Assembly: GCA_965204755.1 (NCBI GenBank)
Contig: OZ242011.1
Location: forward strand, 896,001 to 960,000
Source: Candidatus Marinacidobacterium sp.
GTDB lineage: Bacteria > Acidobacteriota > Vicinamibacteria > Marinacidobacterales > Marinacidobacteraceae
Direction of reading: 5' to 3'
Length of the DNA: 64,000 nt
Positions 23,701-35,700 of this stretch are shown piece by piece. The notes below the pieces were generated by a model, which had not been told where the DNA came from, did not search any database, and saw nothing but the letters and a program-made list of their open reading frames with translations. A program made the position numbers and the translations under genes. How positions within the stretch are numbered: the first letter of the stretch is position 1; every line of letters starts with the position of its first letter.

Positions 23701-26700
23701 GTACGCCGCCGGCCGGGTGTTCGCGCCGACGGTGATCCCGACCTGCGGCGCCCCGGTAACGGTTACCGGCTCGGAGAACTCCACGGCCACCTCGATCCGG
23801 TCGCCGGCGATGAAGGCGCCGCCCGGCCCCTGCGGGCGGCCCCCGATCTCCAGGCCGGTAACCGTCGGGGCGAGGGCGTCCGCCGCGCTCCCGTCCACGA
23901 CCGGGCCGCCGTCCCCGATCCGGTGCTCGCCGAGGCCGAGCCTCGCCGGGTTGTTCGCGGCGTCCACGATGGCCCCGCCGGCGGCGGTCAGCGCCGAGGC
24001 CGGGACCCCGACCCCGTCCGGGTCGGCGTCGGAGGCGGCCACCTGGTAGCGGAACAGGAGCGAAGTCGTCCCGCTGCCGGAGAGGTAGGCCGCCCGGCGG
24101 GTGGCCGCCCCGACCGAGAGCGCGAGCCGGGGGCTCCCGGTAACGGTTACCCGCTCGCTGAACTCCACGGCGGCCTCGATCCGGTCGCCGGCGAGGAGGA
24201 CGCCCCCCGCGCCCCGCCCCCGGCCGGAGAGCGTGAGGCCGGTTACCGCCGGGCGGACCGCGTCGGCGGCGGTCCCCTCCACCGGGAAGTCCGGGTGGTC
24301 GGCCACCGCGTGGGCGCCGAGGCCGAGCGAGGCGGCGTTCCCGGAGGCGTCGGCGATCGTCCCGCCGTTCAGCGACAGCGCCGAGGCGGGGACGCCCACC
24401 CCGTTCGGGTCGGCGTCGGAGGCGGCCACCCGGTAGCGGAACGAGAGGGCGGCGGTCCCGCCGCCGGCGGCGTAGTCCGCCCGGCGGGCGTTCGCCCCGA
24501 CGGTGATCTCCGCCTGCGGGGTCCCGGTAACGGTTACCGGCTCGGCGAACTCGACCGTTACCGCGATCTCGTCCCCGGCGATGAAGACGCCGTTCGCGCC
24601 CTGGGCGGCCCCGGAGAGCGAGACGCCGACCACCGCCGGCCCGAGGGCGTCGGCGGCGGCGCCGTCCACCGTGAAGTCCGGGTCGGCGGTGATGGAGCGC
24701 TCGCCGAGGCCGAGCGCCGCGGCGTTCCCCGCGGCGTCGCGGATCGTCCCGCCGCTGCGGGTGAGCGCCGCCGCGCCGACCCCGATCCCGTCGAGGTCCC
24801 GGTCGCCGGCGGCCACCGCGTAGCGGAACGAGAGCGCGGTCGTCCCGCCGCCGGCGGCGTAGTCCGCCCGGCGGGCCGCCGCCCCGACGGTGATCTCTAC
24901 CTGCGGCGTCCCGGTAACCGCCACCGCCTCGTCGAACTCGACGGTTACCCCGATTTCGTCGCCGGCGATGAAGACGCCGTTCGCGCCCTGCCCGGCCCCG
25001 GAGAGCGAGACCCCGACCACCTTCGGGGCGACCGTGTCCCGGAGGCCGCCGTTGACCGGGAAGTCGGGGTGGCGCGGCGACGCGTGGGCGCCCAGGCCGA
25101 GCGCGGCGGCGTTCCCGGCGGCGTCGGCGATGCTCCCGCCGTCCGGCGAGAGCGCGGAGGCCCCGAGGCCGATCCCGTTCGGGTCGGCGTCGCCGGCGGC
25201 CACGGTGTAGCGGAAGACCGGCGAAGCGGTGCCGCTGCCGGAGGCGTACGGCGCGCGGCGGGTGGCCGCTCCGACGGAGACGGAAAGGCGCGGCGTCCCG
25301 CTGACCGTTACCGGTTCGTCGAACTCCACGGTGATCTCGATCCGGTCGCCGGCGACGAAGACGCCGTCGGCGCCGTTCGGGCGGCCGGCCAGCGAGACGC
25401 CGACCACCGCCGGGGCGCGCCGGTCGGCGGCGCCGCCGGACACCCGGACCCGGCGGTCGTCGGTTACCGCGTGGGCGCCGAGGTCGAGGACGGCGGCGGT
25501 GTTCGCGGCGTCCAGGATCGTCCCGCCTTCCAGCGTCAGCGCGGACGCGGCGACGCCGACCCCGTCGAGGTCGGCGTCGGCGGCGACCACTTCGTAGGCG
25601 AAGACCAGGGTCGTCGTCCCGCTGCCGGAGGCGTAGTCGGCGCGGCGGGCGGTCCGGTCCACCGCGATCTCCACCTGCGGCGCCCCGGTAACGGTTACCG
25701 GCTCGCTGAACTCCACGGCTACCTCGATCCGGTCGCCGGCGCGGAACACCCCGCCGACGCCCTGCGGGGTCCCGGACAGGCCCACCCCGACCACCGTCGG
25801 CGCGGCGGCGTCGGCGGCGCTCCCGTCCACCGCCGGGCCGCCGTCGCTCACCGCGTGGGCGCCGAGGCCGGGCGAGGCGTCGTTCCCGGCGGCGTCGGCG
25901 ATGCTCCCGCCGCCGAGGGCGAGCGCCGAGGGGCCGATGCTGATCCCGTCCGGGTCGGCGTCCGTCCCGGCCACGGCGTAGCGGAAGAGCGCCGAAGCGG
26001 TCCCGCTCCCGGAGACATACGCCGCGTAGCGGACGGCGGCGCCGACGGAGAGCGCGAGGCGCGGCGTCCCGGTAACGGTTACCGGCTCGCTGAACTCGAC
26101 GGTTACCTCGATGGCGTCGCCGGCGATGAAGACCTCGGCGCCCTCCCGGCGGCCCCGCGCCGTCCCGGAGACCGTTACCCCGACCACCGCCGGGGCCGCC
26201 TCGTCCGCCTTCGACCCGTCCACCCGGAGGTCGGGGTCGGCGGCGAAGGCGTGGTCGCCGAGGCCGATCTCCGCCGCCCGGCCCGAGGCGTCGGCGATCG
26301 TCGCGCCGGCGAGGACCAGCGCGGCGGGGGCGATCCCGATCCCGTCCGGGGCCCGGTCGGCCCGCGCCACCCGGTAGCGGAACACCAGAGCGGTCGTCCC
26401 GCTGCCGGAGACATACGCCGCCCGGCGGACGGCGGCGCCGACCCGGACTTCCAGTTGCGGCGTCCCGCTGACCGTTACCGGCTCGTGGAACTCCACGGTC
26501 GCCTCGAGGGCGTCGCCGGCGATGAAGACGCCGCCTTCGCCCTGCGGGGTCCCGGAGACGCCGAGCCCGACCACCGCCGGGGCGCGGACATCGGCGGCGC
26601 TCCCGTCCACCCGGATTTCGGGGTCGGCGGCGACGGCGTGGCTCCCGAGGCCGAGGGACGCGGCGTTCCCTGCGTCGTCGGCGATGCCGCCGCCGTTCGG

Positions 26701-29700
26701 GGTGAGCGCCGAAGCGCCGGCGCCGATCCCGTCGGCGTCCCGGTCGGCGGCGGCCACGGTGTAGCGGAAGACCAGCGCCGCCGTCCCGCTGCCGGAGGCG
26801 TAGTCCGCCTGCCGGGTGGCCGCGCCGACGGCGAGGGCGAGCCGCGGGGTCCCGGTAACCGTTACCGGCTCGCTGAACCCGACGGTCGCTTCGATCCCGT
26901 CCCCGGCGATGAAGAGGCCGCCGGCGCCTTCGGCGGACCCGGAGAAGGCCAGCGAGACCACCGTCGGCGCGAGGTCCGCCCCGCCCCCGTCCACCGCCGG
27001 GCCGCCGCCGTTCGCGACGGCGTGGCTGCCGAGGGCGAGGACCGCCGGGTTGTTCGAGCGGTCGGCGACGGCGCCGAGCCCCGGGTCGAGCCCGGTAACG
27101 GCGATCCCGTCGGAGTCCCGGTCGGCGCGGGTGACGGTGTAGCGGAAGACCGGCGAGCGGGTCCCGCTGCCGGAGGCGTAGGCCGCGCGGCGGGCGGCGG
27201 CGCCGATCGTCAACTCCGCCCCGGGAGCGCCGGTTACGACCACCGGCTCGTCGAACTCGACGGTTACCTCGATCCCGTCCCCGGCGATGAAGACGCCGTT
27301 CGCGCCCCGGGCGGTCCCGGAGACCGAGACGCGGACCACCGCCGGGGGCCGGGCGTCGCGGAGGTCGCCGTCCACCCGGAAGCCGGCGGCGCCGGCGACC
27401 GCGTGGCGGCCCAGGCCGAGCGCGGCGTCGTTGCCGGCGGCGTCGCGGATCGTCCCGCCGTTCGGCGCGAGCGCCGAGGCGGGGAGGCCGATGCCGTCGG
27501 AGTCCTCGTCGGCGGCGGCCACGAGGTAGCGGAAGACCGCGGTGGCCGTCCCGCTGCCGGAGACGAAGTCCGCGCGGCGGGTCGAGCGGCCGACGGCGAG
27601 GGCCGCCTGCGGGGTTCCGGTAACGAACACCGGCTCGTCGAAGGTGACCGCGACTTCGACGGCGTCGCCGGCGATGAAGACGCCGCCGGCGCCCTGCGCC
27701 TCGCCGGAGAGCGCGGCCCCGGCGACCGCCGGCCCCACCGCGTCGCCGAAAGCGCCGCTCACCGCCGGGCCGCCGGCGGCGAGGGCGTGGCCGCCGAGGT
27801 CGAGCGCCGCGTCGTTCGGCGGATCCACCAGGTCGCGGATCGTCCCGCCGTTCAGCGTCAGCGCCGAAGCGGGGACTTCGAGGCCGTCCGGGTCGCGGTC
27901 GGCGCTGACCACGGTGTAGCGGAAGACCAACTCGGAGGTCCCGGAGCCGGCGGCGTAGTCCGCCTGGCGGGTGGCCGCGCCGATCGTGAGCGCCAGTTGC
28001 GGGGTCTCGGTAACCGCCACCGGCTCGGAGAACTCCACCGCGGCTTCGATGGCGTCGCCGGCGATGAAGAGCCCGCCGGCGCCCTGCGAGCGGCCCCCGA
28101 CGGTGAGGCCGACGACCGTCGGCGCGGCGGTGTCCGCGAGGTCCCCGTCCACCCGGAAGTCGGCGGCGTCGGTTACCGCGTGGGCGCCGAGGTCGAGGGC
28201 GGCGGCGTTCCCCGAGGCGTCCCCGATGCTCCCGCCGTTCAGGACGAGGGCGGTTACGCCGATCCCGTCCGGGTCGTCGTCCCCGGACTGCACGGTGTAG
28301 CGGAAGACCGGCGAAGTCGTCCCGCCGCCGGACGCGTAGTCGGCGTAGCGGGTGGCCGCGCCGACGGCCAGCGCCGCCTGCGGGGTCCCGCCGGCGGTGT
28401 CCACCGTGGCCGCTTCGTCGAACTCGACGGTTACCTCGATCAGGTCGCCGGCGATGAAGACGCCGCCGGCGCCTTCGGGGGTCCCCGAGAGCGAGACCCC
28501 GACCGCCGCCGGCCCGACGGCGTCCGCCGCCGACCCGGCCACCCGGAAGTCCGGGGCGGCGTCGACCGCGTGGACGCCGAGGTCGAGCCGGGCGTCGTTC
28601 CTCGCCGCGTCGCGGATCGCCCCGCCGTTCAGCCTCAGCGCGAGCGCCCCGAGCCCGATGCCGTTCGGGTCGGAGTCGCCGGCCTGCACGGTGTAGCGGA
28701 AGACCAGCCGGGTGGTCCCGCTGCCGGAGACATAGGCCGCCCGGCGGGGCCCGGCGCCGACGGTGAGGTCGAGGCCCGGGGCGCCGGTAACCGTCGCCGC
28801 CTCGTCGAAGTCCACCGCGGCTTCGATCTCGTCCCCGGCGATGAACAGCCCGTCCCGCGCCCCGTTCGCCCGGCCCGAGAGCGAGACCCCGGCCACCGCC
28901 GGCCCGATCCGGTCGGCGGCGGCGCCGTCCACCCGGGCTTCGGGGTCGTTCGTAACCGCTTCGGCGCCGAGGCCGGTCTCCGCGCCGTTCCCGGCGGCGT
29001 CCTCGATCGTCCCGCCGTTCAGCGCCAGCGCCGGGGCGGCGATGCTGATCCCGTTGGCGTCCCGGTCGCCCCGGGCGACGGTGTAGGCGAAGGCCAGCGT
29101 TTCGCTCCCGCTGCCGGACGCGTAGTCCGCCCGGCGGGGGGTCAGCCCGACCAGGAGGGTCAACTGCGGGGTCCCGGTAACGGTTACCGGCTCGCTGAAC
29201 TCGACGGTTACCTCGATGACATCGCCGGCGATGAAGACGCCGCCGGCCCCCTGCTGGCGGCCGGCGATGGTCACCCCGGTAACCGTGGGGGCCACCGCTT
29301 CCGCCGCGCTCCCGGTAACCGCCGGGCCGGCGTCGGCGAGCGCGTGGTCGCCGAGGCCGAGTTCGGCGGCGTTCGGCGGGGTCGCGCGGTCCGCGATCGT
29401 CCCGCCGTTCAGCGTCAGCGCGGAGGCGCCGACGGTGATCCCGTCGGGGTCGGCGTCGGCGGCGACCACGGTGTAGCGGAAGAGCGCCGAGGAAGTCCCG
29501 GTGCCGGAGACATAGGCCGCCTGCCGGGTGGCCGCCCCGATCTCCAGCGCCAACTGCGGGGTCCCGCCGGCGGTGTCCACCGTTACCGGCTCGTGGAACT
29601 CGACCGCCGCCTCGATCCGGTCGCCGGCGATGAAGGCCCCGCCGGCGCCCCGCGCGGTCCCGCCGAGCGTGAGGCCGGTGACCCGGGGCGGCGCGGCGTC

Positions 29701-32700
29701 CGCCGCGCTCCCGGCCACCCGGAAGGCGGCGGCGGCGGCCACCGCGTGGGCGCCGAGGGGGAGCGCCGCGTCGTTGCCCGAGGCGTCCCGGATCGTCCCG
29801 CCGGCCGCCGTCAGCGCCGAGGCCCCGACGGAGACGCCGTCCGCGTCGGCGTCGTCGCGGACCACGGTGTAACGGAACACCGCCGCGGAGGTCCCGCTGC
29901 CGGAGACATACCCCGCCGGCCGGGTGTTCTCGCCGACGGCGAGCGCCACCTGCGGGGTCCCGGCGACCGTTACCGGCTCGTCGAACTCCACGGTTACTTC
30001 GAGCGCGTCGCCGGCGACGAACTCGCCTCCCGCGCCCTGCCCGGTCCCCGAAAGCGAGACCCCGGCGACCGCCGGCCCCACCCGGTCGGGGGCGGCGCCG
30101 TCCACCCGGGCGCGGCGGTGGTTGCTCACCGCGCGGGGGCCGAGGCCGAGTTCGGCGGCGTTCCCGTCGGCGTCGGCGATGCTCCCGCCGTTCAGCGTCA
30201 GCGCCGAGACCCCGACGCTCACCCCGTCCCGGTCCCGGTCGCCCGGCGCGACGGTGTAGCGGAACGCCAGCGAGTCCGTCCCGCTGCCGGAGAGGTAGTC
30301 CGCCGTCCGGGTGGAGAAGCCCACCGCCAGCGCGATCCGCGGGGTCCCGGTAACCGTTACCGGCTCGCTGAACCGCAGGGTCACCTCGAGGGCGTCGCCG
30401 GCGATGAAGACCCCGCCGGCGCCCTGCGGGCGGCCCCCGACCGCCACCCCGGCGACCGTCGGCGCCCGGCCCCGGCTCCCGTCCACCCGGAAGGCGGCGT
30501 CGTTCGTGATCGCGTGGGCGCCCAGCGGGACTTCGCCGTCGGCGGCGGCGGGGTTCCCGGCGGCGTCGGCGATCCCTTCGCCGGCGTCCACCCGGAGCGC
30601 GGTTACGCCGATCCCGTCGGGGTCGGCGTCGGGGTCGGCGTCGCCGCCGGCCACCTCGTAGCGGAAGACCAGGACGGTCGTCCCGGTCCCGGAGACATAG
30701 AGCGCCCGGCGGGAGGCCTCCCCGACGGCGAACTCCAGCCGGGGCGTCCCGGTAACCGTCGCCGCCTCGTGGAACTCCACCGCGGCCTCGATCCGGTCCC
30801 CGGCGAGGAAGGTCCCGTCCGCCCCGCTCGCCGTCCCGGAGAGCGTGAGCCCGGTAACCGCCGGGCCGAAGGCGTCCCCCCCGGTCCCGCGCACCTCGTA
30901 GGCGGCGAGGTCGCCCACCGCGTGGGTCCCCAGGTCGAGCGCGGCGGCGTTCCCGGCGGCGTCGTCGATCGACCCGCCGTTCAGCGAGAGCGCCCCGGCC
31001 CCGACGCCGAGCCCGTCGGCGTCGAGGTCCGTCCGGACGACGGTGTAGCCGAACGAGAGGGAGGCCGTCCCGCTGCCGGAGAGGTAGTCCGCGTGGCGGA
31101 ACCTCGTCCCGATGGACAGCGCCGCCCGCGGGGTCCCGGCAACGGTTACCGGCTCGCTGAACTCCACGGTGAGCCCGATCGGGTCGCCGGCGATGAAGAC
31201 CCCGCCCGGCCCCTCCGCCCGGCCCGAGAGCGAGAGGCCGGTAACCGTCGGCGGGACGGCGTCGGCGGCGGCCCCGTCCACCCGGAAGCCGGAGGCGGCG
31301 GCCACCGCGTGGGTCCCCAGGCCGAGCGCCGCGGCGTTCCCCGCCCGGTCGGCGATCGTCCCGCCGTTCCGGGTCAGCGCCGCCGCGGGGACGCCGATCC
31401 CGTCGGCGTCGGCGTCGCCGGCGGCCACCGTCCAGCCGAACTCCAGTTCCCTCGTCCCGCCGCCGGAGCGGTAGTCCGCGTAGCGGGTGGCCGTCCCGAC
31501 GGTCAGCGCCAGCCGGGGCGTCCCGGTAACCGTGACTTCCTCGTCGAAGGTAACGGTGATCCGGAGTTCGTCCCCGGCCACATGGACGCCGGCCGCGCCC
31601 TGCGGCGCCGGGGCCGCCGAGGCGAGCGCCACCCCGGCGACCGTCGGCGCGGCGGTGTCGGTCGCGCTCCCGTCCACCGGGAAGTCGGGGTGGTCGGCCA
31701 CCGCGTGCTCGCCGAGGGCGAGCGCCGCGTCGTTGCCGAAGACATCGCGGATCGTCCCGCCGGCCGGCGTCAGCGCCGAAGCGCCGACGGCGATCCCGTT
31801 CGGGTCGGCGTCGGCGGCGTCCACGGTGTAGTCGAAGACCAGCGCGGTCGTCCCGTGGCCGGAGTCGTAGGCGGCCTGCCGGACGGCGCCGCCGACGGTG
31901 AGAGCCACTTGGGGGGTCCCGCCCACATGGACCGGTTCGTCGAAGGCGACCGTTACCGAGACTTCGTCGCCGGCGACCAGGACCTCCCCGGCGGCCTTCG
32001 GCCCGGAGAGGGCCACCCCGGCGACCTCCGGCCCCCGGACATCGAGCGCGCCCCCGTCCACCCGGAAGTCCGGGTCGGCGGCGGCCGCCGGGAGGGCGAG
32101 CGCGGCGGCGTTCCCGGCGGCGTCGGCCATCGCCCCGCCGTTCAGGGAGAGCGCCGAGGCGGAGACGGCGATCCCGTCGGCGTCCCGGTCGCCCCGCGCC
32201 ACCGCGTAGCGGAACACCAGGTCGGTCGTCCCGCCGCCGGAGGAGTAGTCCGCGTAGCGGAGGGCGCTGCCGATCGTGAGCGCGACCCGCGGCGTCCCGG
32301 TAACCGCTACCGGCTCGTCGAAGGAGACGGTTACCGAGACGAGGTCGTCCTCGACGAAGACGCCGCCCGCGCCCTGCCCGGTCCCGGAGAGCGCGAGGCC
32401 GGTTGCGGTCGGGCCGGCCCGGTCGGCGCCGGCGCCGTTCACGATGATCCCCCCGGAGGCGTGGCCCCATCTCGGCCCGCCGAGCGCGGCGGCGTTGCCG
32501 GCGGCGTCCCGGATCGTCCCGCCGTTCAGCGTCAGCGCGGCCATGACGATCCCGTCGGCATCGAGGTCCCCCGACTGCACGGTGTAGGCGAACCGCAACT
32601 CGGAGGTCCCGCTGCCGGAGACATAGGCCGCCTGCCGGGTGGCCGCGCCGATGGTGAGCGCCACCCGCGGGCTGCCGGTAACGGTTACCGGCTCGGTGAA

Positions 32701-35700
32701 CGCGACCACCGGCGCGATCTCGTCGCCGGCGATGAAGGCGCGCGCGACTCCGCCCTGGGGCACCGCGCCCTGCCCGCTGGCGGCAACGACCAAATGGGAA
32801 ATCGTCGGCGCGGCGGTGTCCGCCCTTCCGCCGTCCACCCGGAAGCCGGGCGGGGCGGCCGGCGGCGGGGTGGACGCCGCCGAGGGCCGGTTGCCGGAGC
32901 GGTCGGTCACCGCCCACCCGCTCCCGCTCCAGGGGAAGGTGACCGTTACCGGCCCGCCGGGGTGGCGGTCGTCGGCGTGGACCGCGTAGCGGTAGCGCAG
33001 CGTCTTCGAGCCGGAACCGGAGTGGTAGAGCGCCTCCCGGACGGCGAAGGCGCGGGCCGGGAAGGCGAACCGGAAGGACGGCGTCCCGGCCCCGGCCACG
33101 GTTACCGGCTCGGAGAACTCCACCTCCCACTCGATCGTTTCCCCGGCGAGGAAGAGGCCGCCCGGCCCCCCGCCGCTCCCGACGGGGGTCGCCCGGACGA
33201 CCTCCGGCGGAACCAGGTCGGGAGCGCGCCGTTGACCCGGAGGCGGGGGTCGTCGGTGAAGGCGTAGGCGCGAAGATTCCAATCCGGCCCACGAATCTGG
33301 ATGCCGTCCAGAATCCTCTCGCCCAGGCTGATCCCGTTCAGGTCGCGGTCCGCGGCGACCACGGTGTAGCGGAAGACCAGCGAGGAGGTCCCGCTCCCGG
33401 AGGCGTAGTCCGCATGCCGGGTGGCGCTGCCGATCGTGAGCGGCACCTGCGGCGTCCCCCCGGTAACTTCTACTGCGCGGTTATAGGTAATGGTTACCTC
33501 GAGCGCATCCCCGGCGGTATAGAACCCGCCGGCGCCCTGCGGCGCGCCGGTGACGGAGACCCCGGTCATCAGGTAACTGCCGGCGCCGTACACCAGGAAG
33601 TTGCTGTCGTTGTAAATCCGATAGTCCGTCTCCGGTTGGTGATCGGGATGCCATCGGTTGCCGGCGCTGTCCCTGGGCGCTGCGTACGCCGCAACCAACG
33701 ACGTTAGGGAGAGCCCGTCTGCGTCGTAATGGCCGTATCCCACCGTATATCGGTACACCAAGGAAGTCGTCCCGCTTCCCGACAGGTACGGCGCACCCAA
33801 AGTTCGGGAGCCGGCGATAACGACGACATCGGTCGTTGACGAAACGGTTACCGCTTCGTTGAATTCGATCGTGATGTCGATCGTGTCGCCGACTCCGAAA
33901 GCACCGACCGCGAGCGATCCGGCGCCCGAGAAAGTTGTCCCGGTAACTCGCGGCGGCGCCGCGTCCGCGGCCGCCGCGTTCACCGGAACGCGGCCGTCGT
34001 TCGCGATCGCGTGGGTTCCGAGGCCGAGCGCGGCGTCCCGGTTCGCGCCGTCCCGGATCGTCCCGCCGTTCAGCGTGAGCGCCGCCGCGGAGACGCCGAT
34101 CCCGTTCGCGTCGGCGTCGCCGCTCGCCACGATGTAACGGAAGAGCAGCGTACGCGCGCCGCTGCCCGAGGCGTAGTTCGCCTGCCGGGTGGCGGTACCG
34201 ATGGTGAGCGCCAACCGGGGGGTCCCGGTAACCGTTACCGGCTCGTTGAAGGTAACCGCCGCTTCGATCGCGTCGCCGGCGCGGAACACGCCGCGCGCAC
34301 CCTGCGGGTTGCCGGAGAGGATGAGCCCGGTAACCGTCGGCGCGTCCCCGTCGGTTCCGCCGCCGTCCACCGGATGGTCACCGTCGGTGATGGCGTGGTC
34401 TCCCAGACCGAGGGCGGCGGCCTGGCCCGAGGCGTCCGCGACGGTCCCGCCGTTCAGGGAAAGGGCCGAAGCGCCGATACCCAACCCGTTCGCGTCGGCG
34501 TCCGTCGAGAACACGGTGTAACGGAAGACCAGCGAGGGCGTGCCGCTGCCGAGCGCGTAGTTCGCGTAGCGGGTGGCGCCGCCGATGTCGAGCGCCAACT
34601 GCGGGGTCCCGGTAACGGTTACCGCTTCGTGGAACTCGACGGTTACCTCGATCACATCGTCGAGGATGAAGGTCCCGTTCGCGCCGCGCGCCGTTCCGCC
34701 GACGCTTACCCCGGTTACCGCGGGGACGACCCCGTCCGCCGCGCCGCCGTCCACGATGAAGTCGCCGTCGTCGACGATGGAGTTCGTCCTTCCCAGGGTG
34801 AGCGCCGCCTGGTTGCCCGCGGCGTCCACGATCCGGGCGGTCGCGACCAGGTTCCCGAGACCGCCGGGGTTCACGGAGACCCCGTCCGCGTCGCGGTCGC
34901 CCGCCCCGACCCGGTAGCGGAAGACCAGCGAAGCGGTCCCGCTGCCGGAGGCGTAGGCCGCCCGCCGGGTATCGCTGCTGCGGGGCCCGACCTGGAGCAC
35001 GACCTGCGGCCCGGCCCCGGCGACGAGCACCGCTTCGCTGTACTCCACCGTTACGAAGATCACATCGCCGGCGACGAAGACGCCGCCCGGGCCCTGCCCG
35101 GTTCCGGAGAGCGATATCCCGACCACCGTCGGCGCGACCGAGTCCGCCACCGCGCCGTCCACCACGAAGCGGCGGTCGTCGGTGATCGCGTGGGCGCCGA
35201 GGGAGAGCGCCGCGGCGTGGCCGGCGGCGTCGGCGATCGTCCCGCCGGCCAGCGCCAGCGCCGAGGCGGCGACGCCGAGGCCGCTCGGGGCGGCGTCGCC
35301 GGCGGCGACGGTGTAGCGGAAGACCGGCGAGCGCGTCCCGCCGCCGGAGACATACCCCGCGTGGCGGGTGGCCGTCCCGACGGTCAGCGCCAACCGGGGA
35401 CTCCCGGTAACGGTTACCGGTTCGCTGAACTCCACGGCGGCGAAGATCTCGTCACCGGCGACGAAGACGCCGTTCGCGCCGTTCGCGCGGCCCGAGAGCG
35501 CGACGCCGGTAACCACCGGCCCGACGGCGTCGGCGGCGGCGCCGTCGACCCGGAAGTCGGCGTCGTTCGCGATCTCGCGGGTTCCGAGGGGGAGATTCGC
35601 GGCGCGGTTCGCGGCGTCGGCGATCTTCCCGCCGTTCAGGTCGAGCGCGGAAGCGCCGACGGAGACCCCGTCCGCGTCCCGGTCGGCGCGGGCCACCGTG

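Noticed and set aside
2827-33267. 10,146-aa plus-strand ORF (also 65..2830, 34011..43331, 43785..51791, 52406..60490, 60500..63319)
   Set aside because: Antisense shadows in register with the real gene. They stay open because the GC-rich gene almost never uses TTA, CTA or TCA codons. The products are Arg/Gly/Val-rich, and several end at or near the frameshifts or atypical-codon patches.
33240-33960. Diversity-generating retroelement target or template for the variable repeats
   Set aside because: There is no reverse transcriptase in the window, and I saw no near-identical repeat pair differing only at adenines.
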